DNA from: Hormiphora californensis
Taxonomy: Eukaryota; Animalia; Ctenophora
NCBI GenBank assembly: GCA_020137815.1
Contig: CM035353.1
Location: forward strand, 3,038,001-3,102,000
DNA length: 64,000 nt
Direction: 5' to 3'
In this document: one piece after another, positions 49,405 through 62,668 of the stretch
Position numbering within the stretch: the first letter of the stretch is position 1
How the letters are laid out: the number at the start of each line of letters is the position of its first letter
Made by a program: the position numbers and the translations under genes
Notes under the pieces: generated by a model
What the model was told of the DNA's origin: nothing
Seen by the model: the letters and a program-made list of their open reading frames with translations, nothing else
Database searches by the model: none

Positions 49405-52400
49405 TTAGTTTCTCATCCTTCTCATGGCCTTGTCTGCTGCCTTTCGGTCCACGAGCTCCCTCTCCACCCTTTCAATCTCTTCATGGGGGAATGACCAAAT
49501 TTCTCGTGACCCTGGTGCCAGGACCGGGACAGAAAGTTTGCAAAGAATTTTATTAGGCCATTCCCAGCTAGGAGGGTCATATTTTGGCTCGCCAGGTGCC
49601 CTCCACACAAACCTATTGGGTCCCTCCTGTACCATGAACTCAACCTCAAAGTCCCCCATATCAGGATCTATCTGCAGTACCCTTGCCATGTGGTACGATG
49701 GCCCAAAACGGAGCGCAACAAAATCATTATTGCCTGGTAATTTTCCTGGGTCCTCTGCAACTGCAGCAGCTCCATTATCTCCGATAATCTGTGGTGCTAA
49801 ACTCACAGCTCCTGACACACAATCACTCGAATCGAGTATTCCCGGCCCATATCCCGCCTCAACTTTCTCTTTCTTCTCTAGTGCAGCCTTTAGCCTCGCC
49901 TCATACTTGGTAGCAGCTAGCTCCTCTGCTTTGTCCCTCCTCTTCTTCCTATCCTCTGTCAGACGGTCCATGATGTCGCCCAGTACCGTAACACCCAACA
50001 CTTCACATACCCGATTCAATCCTGAATAACCATGCTGATACACTCGGAGGGCAAGCATCACAGCACTTTCCTGCCTAGCCTTCCCATGGAATTTTGCCTT
50101 GGGTATCATAGTCCACAACACGCTGTTAAAAGACTCCAGGATGTTTGTGTTGTATCCCCTAACAAGTTTAGTGAGAGTGGAATCAGTGGTGTACTGCTTG
50201 TAAACTGGCAGGAGGAATTCCTCAAACACAGGGTCCAGGTGGTGCTGGTGGTCTACAAATGCGCCTGGATTGGCGGACTTGTAGAGGCACCAGCTATCAG
50301 TTGGGCAGAATTGATGGCGGATTTGGGGGGGCAGACGGAGGGTATGGTAAAGTGAAGCGAAAATTGCCCTCCTCATATTATCAACTGCATCTCTCACCTC
50401 TTCTGCATTCCTGGCATTCGGATTTATGGTGGACTTGATGGCGTTCCGGAACCGTTTTCTTAGATTGACTCTCGCCAGCTTCCCTAATCTATATGCCCCC
50501 CTATTAACCTTCTTTTTGTCTGCAAGTACAGTCCCATCGGTAACCAACCTCTCAACCTTACTAGCAGGAAACGACCGAACCGGGTTTTTTTCCACCGAAC
50601 CGAACCGAACCGAATTTGAAAAACTTTTTTACCGAACCGAACCGAACCGAACCGAACCGAATTTCGGTAACCGAACCGAACCGAACCATACAAAACTTTT
50701 TCTATATAAATGTTTCTCTAAAAAGTCATGGAGAGCACCGATCAAGGTATTGAGAATCATTCTCTGAAATTTTGTTAAAAAATTTTCAAAGTCAATTTTA
50801 TCGTAAATTTTCTATGTCAATTTTTGCGTACGAATCGTGTTTCGAATCGGCAATGCTATACGGGAATGGTATTGCTAATTAGCAGGATTAAACGAACCAT
50901 GAATCGTGTCTCTCTAAATTCCCTAATTAGATTTGATGGGGGATCACGTATCAGCCCAATCCATCTCGGACCCACTAATTACCAACATCATTCCCGTTTA
51001 GCATTGTCGATTAGAAACACGATTCGTATACCATAATTTACTTAAAATATTTTTCACAAAAAAAATTTCACAAAATTTCAGGTAATGATTCTCAATACCT
51101 TGATCGATGCTCTCCATGAATTTTTAGAGAAACATTTAATTTTGTGAAAAAACTTTGTAAAATATTTCAAAGTCAATTTCGGAAAAAAAATTCTATGTCA
51201 ATTTTGCCGTACGAATCGTGTTGCGAATCGGTGATGCTATGCGGCAGTGCTCTCGCTAATTAGCAGGATTTATTGAAACATGAATCGTTTCCCCTAAACT
51301 TCCTAATTAGATTTGATGGGGGATCACGTATCAGCATAATCCATCTCGGACCCACTAAATAGCAACATCACTCCCGCTTAGCAATACCGATTCGAAACAC
51401 GATTCGTACGCAAAAATTGACATAGAAAATTTTCCATAAAATTGACTTTGAAATATTTTCCAAACTTTTTTTACAAAATTTCAGAGAATGATTCTTAACA
51501 CCTTGATCGGTGCTCTCCATGAATTTTTTGAAAAAAAAGTTTCTGAATTTGTTGACCCTCTCATGAGGACACGATTCGACGGGAAGTCAGGTATCAAATC
51601 AATCCATATCGAACCCGCTAACTAGCGAAATCATTTCCACATAGCACCACCGATTCGAAATAGGGTTAATACGGCGAAATTGACATTGAAATCCATACAA
51701 TTTTCGTGAAATAATTGAAAAATTTTGCATGAAAAAGCTTGATTTCTGGGCATTTTTTGACCAAAAAATTCGGTGGTTCGGCCAAAATTTCCTACCGAAC
51801 CGAACCGAACCGAACCGCCCAAAAAACACCGAATTTCCGAACCGAACCGAACCGAATATTCGGTCGCTTCCTGCTTACTAGCAAAATTTTTGGACACATG
51901 TCCAACGCAGTCAATCTTGATAACAAGGTTACACTCGTGGTCTATGTCATCATGGAGGTCTGCCCACTCTTTTCTCTCCTGCGAATTTCTCCACTCCTCG
52001 CTATTGTTCCGAAGCTTGTCCTTGAGCCTGAGGAAACCTCTGTGAGTCACCTTCTACTTCACTCATAATTCAAATGTCGAATAAATTTTGATTGTTTCAT
52101 CTTACTATACCTTTCACATTCTGCACAGAGTGTGTAAAAATCCCACACATCCAAATACGCCTTAGTGTCACCATCTCCCACTAAAAACTTAAACACTAAG
52201 TTATATTGGAGAGACCTCTTGTAGAGAATTTTCATTCCTTTCCTTTCCATCTCACTTGAAGAACCTGTGAGTGAGTGAGTGAGTGAGTGAGTGAGTGAGT
52301 GAGTGAGTGAGTGAGTGAGTGAGCGAGTGGTATTGTGATTGAATAGTTACCACCTGCACCTCTCTTTTCTTACCTTCATAATTTTTCTGGCACTTCGACT

Positions 52401-52710
52401 CATGAGCAGCAGCCCACTTGTCAAGACTCTCCTTCGATAGATCCCCGCCGGTAAACCTGCCATGTTGTGTAACGCATTCCTGGCAATATTTTGAGAGAAC
52501 TATAAAATCCAGGGGGATGTCCAAGTCAGCGTCAAAAATTACCACGATTCCTATGTTGGATGTGTATCCACGGCTCCGGTCGCCTCTCTTCTGGTACGTT
52601 CCATCGCTTTTTATGGTTATCTGTACCGGTTGGGAACCGTCAGAGCCCCTGTGCTGGTGGGCTCTCAACCTGTTTTCCGTGAGTGCTTCATCGGTCAGTT
52701 TGGTCAAGGC
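49405..52710 (-). CDS. Kolobok-type (Mutator-like domain) DDE transposase, spliced, disrupted by hAT insertion; 5' exon(s) not found
   Basis: SDGTYQKRG, LSKYC..C, NYEG|SSSEME, LVGDGDTK, KIDCVGHVSK, HQFCP..SWC, NILESFNS; introns 52265-52373 and 52040-52110 keep frame; removing 50565-51873 and one TSD restores NFASKVERL. Confidence 0.88.
50565..51873. mobile_element. 1309-bp non-autonomous hAT element inside the transposase
   Basis: TIR CAGGAA(A/G)CGACCGAA; 8-bp TSD CTTACTAG at 50557-50564 and 51874-51881; subterminal (CCGAA)n. Confidence 0.92.
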
Positions 52711-53588
52711 CTGATGTATTTCAGCACAATAGGTACTGTCCCAACTAGTTGGGGGAGGTGGCTGTGAATTGATTGGTAAAAATTATGAGGTTTACACAGG
52801 TTATGGCACCTTATTTCACTTTTTAGTGAGGTTAACCTCAATAAAAAATGCATCCTGTGTGTAACGCATTGTATTATTTTACTATTGTTAACCTCAAATA
52901 TTTTTCTTGAAGATGGAAGAATAAATAATTCAATCCAAAACTGCGAATTCTTCCAAAGTGACATTGAAATAAGAGAGGAGAACGTGAGAAAATAGCCTTT
53001 TAGAGATATTGACCTAGTATGAGTTAACCTCAATTTATGTAAGACGAGTCAATTCCAGTGGCGTTGTTTTTAGCTACTCGTGTGCAACTTTATCTGGCCT
53101 TTCGTTCCTATATTGTTTGCTGAGAATAAGGCTACACAAAACAAAAATATCGGATTTTTTGTGAGGTTAACCTCAATAAAAATGCCATGGATGCTCAAAT
53201 CCCCAATATTTTCTAACTGTTGTTAACCTCATTCAATTTTGTTCACGATAGACGCATATTTAAACCATTACAGGTTGTTTATGCATTCCTATCACGTCTG
53301 TTTCTAGGCTAATAACATATCCGAAACAAGGCTTGATTAATCATCTGTTAACCTCAATTTTTGGCATATATAACAGTTCAACTTGCCATAATTTTTGCAT
53401 CATTCTTTAGCTTTTTGTTTGAATTTGAAAAAAAATACGACTCCATAGACTAGTTGGTCAAAATATCCACATAGTTTTATTTTTCGTCAAGTTAACCTCA
53501 TTTTTTTACCCTGTGCTTAGCGTGAATACCACTAGAAGGTCATCTTTGTTAACCTCAAATAAAATTATATTTAGTTAAGTTGACTCTT

Positions 53589-54929
53589 CACGGCGTGCCT
53601 GGTGAAATTTTAACACGACCTAGCATGCAACGGGAAACCACCACTTGTACGTGGTAGCTGAGGGTCTACAGAATGGCGCTACGGTGCGGGAAAAAACATT
53701 CCATTCCCTAAAATCGTTTTTTTTACTTTTATTTGATTTGGGTCAAAATTGGCTATATTAAACGTGGTCCCGAAAAATCCATAATGACTTACCACACGAA
53801 ATATGTCACCCCCACCTATTTTTGCACGTAGAATCGATTGCCGTTGAAGTCGAATCTCTAAAATGACTGTAAAATGGTCAAAAGTTGATTTTTTACCATT
53901 TTTTGGAGGTTTTTGGCCCCTAAACCATTGAAAACGTTGAGATAGGAACTTGAAACTAGTGCCAATCGTTAAAATGGTCATTTTTCTACCAAGAACCAAG
54001 TTTTCGTGTATATCCGATTTATGGTTAGATTTGGGCAAATTGTTGAAATCTGCCAACTAGGAGAACCGTAACTTGATTTTCTTGTTTTTTGGATTTTGGC
54101 ATTTTCGACAAACTTCTGATTGAAATGGTCAATCGGGACCATGCTTAAGTTGTTTATGGGACAATTTTCGACTAAAATCCAAGATTTCATACCAATCCAA
54201 TAACAGATCGTTGATTTATAGAAAATTTAAGTAGGCAAAACGGTGAAAATAAGCAAGAAAAGTTGTCATTTTGACCGTTTTGCCTACTTAAATTTTCTAT
54301 AAATCAACGATCTGTTATTGGATTGGTATGAAATCTTGGATTTTAGTCGAAAATTGTCCCATAAACAACTTAAGCATGGTCCCGATTGACCATTTCAATC
54401 AGAAGTTTGTCGAAAATGCCAAAATCCAAAAAACAAGAAAATCAAGTTACGGTTCTCCTAGTTGGCAGATTTCAACAATTTGCCCAAATCTAACCATAAA
54501 TCGGATATACACGAAAACTTGGTTCTTGGTAGAAAAATGACCATTTTAACGATTGGCACTAGTTTCAAGTTCCTATCTCAACGTTTTCAATGGTTTAGGG
54601 GCCAAAAACCTCCAAAAAATGGTAAAAAATCAACTTTTGACCATTTTACAGTCATTTTAGAGATTCGACTTCAACGGCAATCGATTCTACGTGCAAAAAT
54701 AGGTGGGGGTGACATATTTCGTGTGTTAAGTCATTATGGATTTTTCGGGACCACGTTTAATATAGCCAATTTTGACCCAAATCAAATAAAAGTAAAAAAA
54801 ACGATTTTAGGGAATGGAATGTTTTTTCCCGCACCGTAGCGCCATTCTGTAGACCCTCAGCTACCACGTACAAGTGGTGGTTTCCCGTTGCATGCTAGGT
54901 CGTGTTAAAATTTCACCAGGCACGCCGTG
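53589..54929. mobile_element. 1341-bp near-perfect palindromic element, Chapaev/CMC-like
   Basis: CACGG...CCGTG termini; 4-bp TSD TCTT; mirrored ORFs on opposite strands differ by one residue. Confidence 0.85.
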
Positions 54930-56569
54930 TCTTACCAGTTGAAGCATTATTTTCTTACCGAAAATCAAGCCCGAATGTTGACTGTCAAAAATACGGCAAA
55001 AATGTAACCCTCAAAAAATGATAGCTATAAAACGCTTTGAGAACTGGTAACCCCCGGAAAAGATCGGGCTTGTTAACCTCTTTGATATATGGTCATTTTT
55101 TTTTTAACTTGTGCAACTACCAAATTTTTTCAAATGATCATAGCAAAATAGCTGTGGCCACTGGAAATTTACTCAGCACCTCAAAAAATCGAGAAATATT
55201 AAAAGTTCAATTTAGTGAAAGAACGAAGTCTCTAGCTTACTCCAGTGAGGTGCTATAGCATTTCTACGCCGTGAGGTGCTATCGTGAGGTGCCCCCGATT
55301 TGTAGAAATACCGTTTGATCAAAAATCTCCAAACTTTCAGAAATGGTGGGGATATTTCTCACTCATCAGATGAGGTGAAAACCATGGAAAAATTCACTCA
55401 TTTGGTGAGGTGCAAGCCGATTTTAGAGCTAAAAGTTTACTCACTAGGGGTCAAATGAGTAAATAAAGAATTGAAACTTGGCATAAAGCAAGATTAGACA
55501 ATTTCCCTCCTGATTTACCGAAAATTTGCTCTAAAAATTACTCAGCGAGTGAGGTGCAGACCCTCAAAAAATGACATATTTTACCTACTTCTCCAGTACA
55601 CCTCACAGGTTGAGCAATGACCTTGGAATCGATTAGGTAGTGTTTGGGGATGTCATATGAGCAAATTAAGGCCACTTTCAGAACTATATACTCACTGAGT
55701 GAGGTGCAATTAGCGTTTAAAGAAAATACAGTTTTTTGGGTGCACCTCACTCATTGAGCAAAATTTTTGGAACTTTTTTGGTACAAATGATGGTTTTGAG
55801 TCTACTGCAAGTATCTAGCTAGGAAAAGTCGTGAAACGTGAGGTGCTACGGGCTTAAAAGTAGCTGTAAGTATACAGTGTAACTTTAAACACCGGTTGCA
55901 CCTCATAGATTGAGTAAGTTTGCTTACATATTTTAATGGTGTTTATTATGGACATTTTTCAGCATATTTTCGAAAATTTTAGGAAAAAATATTAAAATTT
56001 GACGGAATGGCACACGCTTTTGCAAACATGGTCACCGGCACCTCACGAGGTGAGTTTTTAATTTATTTTGCCTGTAAATCTATTCCCTATACACTTTTAC
56101 ACATAATATTCGTTGGAAAATAATATTTTTTGACAAAAACTATGATAAAAATCGAAAAAACTGAACTTATGTCATTTTCGGAAAAAATTTTGCACAAGTT
56201 AAAAAAAAAAATGACCATATCTGAATTTCAAAAAATCGAGTTTTTTGACCCCCGGACCCCTCCCCCCCCTCTGGCCTTAATCTTTGTTCATCTTTATTCA
56301 TCTTTATTCATCTTAATTCATATTTATTCATCTTTATTCATATTTATTCATCTTTATTCATCTTGTTAATGTTTTCAGATGAGCATGCCCTCATATATTT
56401 TTCAATTGATTTCTTTATCAAATTGGGGGAGGGGTCCGACCAAACTCATATTGGTTTTCTTTTCGCTTCCAATGCCGTGTTCAATGAACACTGTTCATCC
56501 CTATTTAAGTATTGTTTGAAGATTCAAGTTATTTTTCTTTACCAAATCTTTCGTATATAATCTTAGTAA

Positions 56570-57139
56570 TCTATATTATAAAGCAGAGAACCTTGCAAGA
56601 CAATTGGTTTTTGGGGGATTTTAGGGCTTGCACGTGGAAAATTGGCATGTTGTTAGGGGTGTTTGGTGGGGTTTAGGGCGTGCACGTGCGTGTGTAAAGG
56701 TTTTATAAATTTGGGGGATAATAGCTCTTTGGAAAGAGCTTGATATTATCTTTCTAATGAGCCCAAGATTTTTGAAATTGGTTGAGAAATGACCGAGTTA
56801 TGAGGGAAATGGTGAAAAATGAGGGAAAATTTGGGGTTCTGAACTGTTTCAGATCACAGATTGAGAGAGGGGTGAGGGGAGTATTCATTATGGCGTTATA
56901 GGGGAGTGAATAGGGGACGATATGATTCAATAGGGGCCGAGGGGAGTCAATAGGGCCGAGGGGGATAAGAGGGGTGAGGACTGAGGCGAGGAAGGGGGCG
57001 TGGATTATGATCTCGCGACCGGAGGTGCCGCGAAGCGGCGCCGTAGGGAGCAAAGTAGGCATGAGCCAGGGATCGGGATTGAGAGGAGTCAATAGCATAG
57101 GGTGTGAGAGTTTTTTATTCTTTTGCCTGGGCTCTCTAG
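56570..57139 (+). mobile_element. Non-autonomous Helitron
   Basis: A|TCTATATTATAAAG ... GCCTGGGCTCTCTAG|T; inserted between A and T with no TSD. Confidence 0.65.
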
Positions 57140-57542
57140 TCCTTATTATAAAGTAGGAATGAGTGGCGTGGTGATGATGATGGAGTATCCTAGCTTGCAA
57201 CACTAGCGTGCAACAATTTGCCCCATTTGCCCGTGCGAATCAAGGGGTTGTTATGGTTGGTGGGCAAGGGTGTGGATACTGCACGTGCATGTCGTTGGTT
57301 GTTTGTTGTGTGTTCCTGCGGTGTTTTGCGGTGTTTTGGGATCTACTGTTGCTGCCCCGATGAATGCCAAAGCTTTTCTACCTACGTACACCGTTGATTA
57401 CTCTACACAGCTACAATTCTACGGATGTTTATCACCTAATTCGACACGTTTCAAGCGACTCTCTTCTGATCACCCTTGATGTTCATCACCATCCCTGCCA
57501 CTCTACCAATCTCCATATTCTTCAGCCCGACACGGACATGAT

Positions 57543-58010
<468 letters not shown>

Positions 58011-58843
58011 TTTTTTGCTTGTCTCTGTATCTCTTTCTTTCTTTTTGGTTTGGGCTAGATGTTGGGGGGGGATGTTCTGGAGGATATTCTATTGCTTTCT
58101 CCCTTTCTCTCTCTCCCTCTCTCCTCTCCCCTTTGTTCACCCAACAGGGTCCAACCAACGGGCTTTCTAGTAGCATATATATTATCATATATGATAGGAA
58201 TTGCCATGTAAAATATTGTCCGACATTGCATGGTACCGGTGGTACTGTAGAGATTGAAAAGGTATTGTAGCAGGTACCGTACTGTGAACAGCAGTATAGA
58301 GGCGCTTTGAAGCCTGGATATAGATTTCAGAAAAGAGGACTACGATTGCTCTGAGGCAGACACGGGGTTTTAGTGGACGAAATTCAGGCACGTGTATTGC
58401 ATATATATACCCACAGTATCGAAACAGTTGAAGTAAGTTTATTTGTTTATTAGTTTACTATTTGTTTAGTATTAAACCTAGGTTTCGCACCCATGCCCTG
58501 ACCGTCCTACAATCTAATAATTATAGATTTCTGATTCACTGCACGCCCCCCACACACAATGCAATACACTCTTTATAGTGTTAAATATTACTCTCCTAGG
58601 TTATGCATATTTGAGAATTGGGTGAGGGTAGGAGATAAGAAACTGAATACAGGAGGACCTATTGAGGTCGAGAAGGTGTTGGAAAAAGTACCATTTACCG
58701 AACCCAAGTACAGGGGATCCCTGAAACCGGGATATTCCTTTTTCGATAATAGAGTTACAGATTCTGCCATTAAGGTACTATACATTCTCATTTCTCTCTT
58801 TATCTCTCTTTCAATCCCTCAATTTGCATCCCGCGAATAGTTA

Positions 58844-59845
58844 TAGTCGGGGCGAATCTCTCACAAAAAGAAGTGGTTGACACACTATTTGGTGAAAAGC
58901 AAATCCCGGTTGTAACCCACCTATTTTGACCCGCTGAACACGATCCCGTCCATAGGTAAGCTCGCAAAAGTGAAGAAAATGCCCAAATCGGCCACGCCCT
59001 TTTACCTGTATTTTCAGCCTGTAGCCAAAAACATAAATCCTCTTAGAATAGGAGTAGAGACAAATCTGAGGGTACTAAAGTGATCAGCGCCCTCGCATTA
59101 GTGGGGGTAGGTGCTGGAATTAAGTCTCTATCTCATCTGGTTAATTAGATAATTGGATAATTAGGTTTGCGCATAACCGTTTTTTGGCTATATGGCTATA
59201 GCCACTTAGGAATGGTTTAGAGACTTTTCACTGGCGCCATTTTGTAGGCAATAGCCAAGTTATGGGGGGTCGACGTCGGACTTTTAAGCTATATCTCCAA
59301 CCGTTTAGCCGTTATTGGGCTTAATCGATGCTCAAAATGAGCGAAAAACGGTAAAAAGCCCGATTTTGAGCATCGTTTAAGCCAAATAACGGCTAAACGG
59401 TTGGAGATATAGCTTAAAAGTCCGACGTCGACCCCCCATAACTTGGCTATTGCCTACAAAATGGCGCCAGTGAAAAGTCTCTAAACCATTCCTAAGTGGC
59501 TATAGCCATATAGCCAAAAAACTGTTATGCGCAAACCTAATTATCCAATTATCTAATTAACCAGATGAGATAGACTTAATTCCAGCACCTACCCCCACTA
59601 ATGCGAGGGCGCTGATCACTTTAGTGCACTCAGATTTGTCTCTACTCCTATTCTAAGAGGATTTATGTTTTTGGCTACAGGCTGAAAATACAGGTAAAAG
59701 GGCGTGGCCGATTTGGGCATTTTCTTCACTTTTGCGAGCTTACCTATGGACGGGATCGTGTTCAGCGGGTCAAAATAGGTGGGTTACAACCGGAATTTGC
59801 TTTTCACCAAATAGTGTGTCAAAAAGTTAAGATTCGCCCCGACTA
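58844..59845. mobile_element. 1-kb foldback element, TTA TSD
   Basis: TIR TAGTCGGGGCGAATC; ~470-bp near-perfect arms; TTA on both flanks. Confidence 0.82.
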
Positions 59846-60519
59846 TTAGGGGATTTTAGTATTATATTTATATATTGCATGGTTTTACTATTTTGTTTGT
59901 TGGTATTATGATACTGCGAAGTGGAAAAAGAATTGGTATGTGGCAATATCTGGACCGTATTATGGAGGAAAGGGTCGAAGATTAACAACCCAAAATCACC
60001 TCCACACAAGCACCGTCCCTTGGTCACAAGAGAGACCAAGGCTAATGCGGGAGATTGCTCTCCTAAGGAGACAGTTATGAGTTATCGAACATGCCTATTC
60101 TTGCAATCGTAATAATATTTACATAATATATTACAGCAAACTATTTTTTCAGGTCGAAGAATACAACGTGGTGCAGCCTGCACTGCAGTTGACCCTGACC
60201 AACCATGACCCTGACCAACCCCCCCCCCCAACAGCCTGAGCCAACTTCAAGGCAAAAGAGGATCAGGAAGAAAAAAGCAAAGGCATCATCCGCATCAAAC
60301 TCCAAAAAAAATTAAAAAAATTAAAAAAGGAATGCTTTCATGTGTAATAATTACACATAAAATTGTTTTATTTGATAAAATTATTTTATTTGATACGAAA
60401 CCAGACCAGTCCACTAATACCTGACCGTGGAATGAAAGCGGCTGCAGCTGTCCCGAATGATCCGGTAACCCGACCACAGAATGGAAAGAGACTGCAGAGT
60501 ATAAGCAGTGGGTTGAATT

Positions 60520-60725
60520 CCATGATGACCCGGCATATAACTGTGCGGTTGTGCTCAAGTTGGACTGTATCAGCCACGTCGCAAAAAACTTCGCCTCCAA
60601 ATTGGAGAAATTGGTAGTTGATGGTACTCGTATGGAGGATAATAAGAGTATGAATAGGGGACAACACAGGTTGGGTAAACAGGCCAGGCTGAAAATCTCA
60701 AAAAAATTTAGAAATGGATGATTCT
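60520..60725 (+). pseudogene. Kolobok transposase fragment (duplicated at ~62200-62400)
   Basis: LKLDCISHVAKNFASKLEKLVVDGTRMEDNKSMNRGQHRLGK aligns to IKIDCVGHVSKNFASKVERLVTDGTVLADKKKVNRGAYRLGK. Confidence 0.85.
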
Positions 60726-60934
60726 GAACGCCACCGCAAGAAAGAACTTTGGCAAGGATCATCATATCCGAAAATCGTTTTTTAGCCCTGATCGGGTACC
60801 GACGAAGGAAATGCTTAATATCCTCGATTAAGTCAAATTTGCACGTGCATTGTACAACTTCCTTCATTCTTCCTTCACTATATTACAGATTCAGTGACAT
60901 TCGAGAATATCCAACTGTCCCGGATACACCTCAA

Positions 60935-61115
60935 CAAGTTTGTTACCAGGTTACCGGAGGTGTGTTAAAAAGGTTTCTGTGTATTCAACATGCACCAGCT
61001 GACGCATCTCCTTGACTTGGTCAGAGATATGGGGCCTCTACCATACCTCTCCATGTTCCCACATGAGTCGTATAATGGTGTCCTGGTGAAATCATTTCGT
61101 GGTGACAATCAAACA
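60935..61115 (+). pseudogene. EnSpm/CACTA-type transposase C-terminal fragment
   Basis: FNMHQLTHLLDLVRDMGPL..SMFPHESYNG fits the H..H..GPL..FE..NG motif; in-frame stop upstream. Confidence 0.7.
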
Positions 61116-62668
61116 TGTAGGATATATCCTACATGTTTGATTCTCACAGGCGTAATCATTAATAGGAACTGAACCGTAGAATATGGACAGTTTAAATTTA
61201 TAGCATAATTGGCGTCTGAGAACATTGCACGAATGGAGGAATAATTAATATAAATTGGTGAAGGTTACGATGATAATGATTACATATGGAAGAGAGACCC
61301 TTACAATGTAAAATGATTGATAGTGACAATCAACCATGTACAATTCCCATATATATTGACGAAACAGTGCAAGCAAAGAAGATTGCCAGAAGTTGTTGCA
61401 CTATGAACTCGAGTACCTCATAAAACCGTGGCTAAAAAAACAATTCCCAATGTTGTAATGAGATGTACAATTCCCATATGAATATATATTCACGAAACAG
61501 TGCATAGGACATTAGATACTCAAAGTTGACCAAGACACACTCATTTCGTATGAGTATTTTCTGGTGCAATTACAAAATACTACAAACTAGACAAAGACAA
61601 CAATCTCCAAAATATGAGTATTTTCAAATTATTTCGTTGTATAAAAAGGGCCTGGCGGCTGGCGTCACAGTGACCAGGGTGGAATGTAATAAGTCCGAAT
61701 TCAACACTCAGTCAACGACCGAATCAATATTCACTCCTTCACAGTTCACCTCACACAGTTCACCTCACACTTCATGTCAGACTCAGACAACTTTGTAAGT
61801 AACATGTGCATTTGCAGGTGTCTCCTGTTCGTTGAAAACTCGTCATATTCTTTTCCAATTCCCTGTTAACCTGACATCCCGACAAGGAGGAATCAAACTG
61901 CAGAGGATGGACAAAGAACCAAACACCAGCTTTGAGATGATAAGAAACGGAGCAGGACCATCAATCACTGGACTTCATAATACCGTTATCCAGAAGGACC
62001 AATTGCGCCAGACCCACCGGACTGCCCAGACGGAGTATGTAGTACTGGACTTCGGTATCGAGTAAGTGTATAAAAACCCAACCTTCGCGATCCGAAACCA
62101 GTCCAGTCCACTAATACCTGACCGTGGAATGAAAGCGGCTGCAGCTGTCCCGAATGATCCGGTAACCCGACCGCAGAATGGAAAGAGACTGCAGAGTAAT
62201 AGAGTATATTATAAGCAGTGGGTTCACGATGACCTGGCGTATAACTGTGCGGTTGTGCTAAAGTTGGACTGTATAAGCAACGTCGCAAAAAACTTCGTCT
62301 CCAAATTGAAGAAATTGGTAGTTGATGGTACTCGTATGGAGGATAATAAGAGTATGAATAGGGGACAACACAGGTTGGGCAAACAGGCCAGGCTGATAAT
62401 TTAAAAATGGATGATTCTGAACACTGGATGAGTCTTGGAGTAGCGTTTTGGATCGAGAGACGTGTTCGAGTGCTGGCGGAACAAAAACATTTTAAAGGTA
62501 TTGTACATTGACATTGTACATCCTAAAAATGAAGGTAATTATATTTTAATGATGTTAATATAAAACCTACAGAAAGGAAGTTGAAATATAATGGCAGTAA
62601 CTCGGACACACGCTGGAACAACAAGTCAAGGCAGCTGGCCCATCTCATTCAAAACAGGGATGCTTACC

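Larger units (their letters stand above)
48385..56276 (-). mobile_element. Kolobok-type DNA transposon (7.9 kb) with two nested insertions
   Basis: TTAA TSD (48381-48384, 56277-56280); TIR GGCCAGAG(G)n..TCCGGGGGT; DDE transposase inside. Confidence 0.85.

Noticed and set aside
49424-50767. Plus-strand ORFs opposite the transposase (similar ones opposite the GPCR and LINE)
   Set aside because: Antisense shadows of real coding sequence
53679-54839. Divergent duplicated gene pair (125 aa and 70 aa)
   Set aside because: Mirror ORFs of a palindromic TE with no recognisable domain
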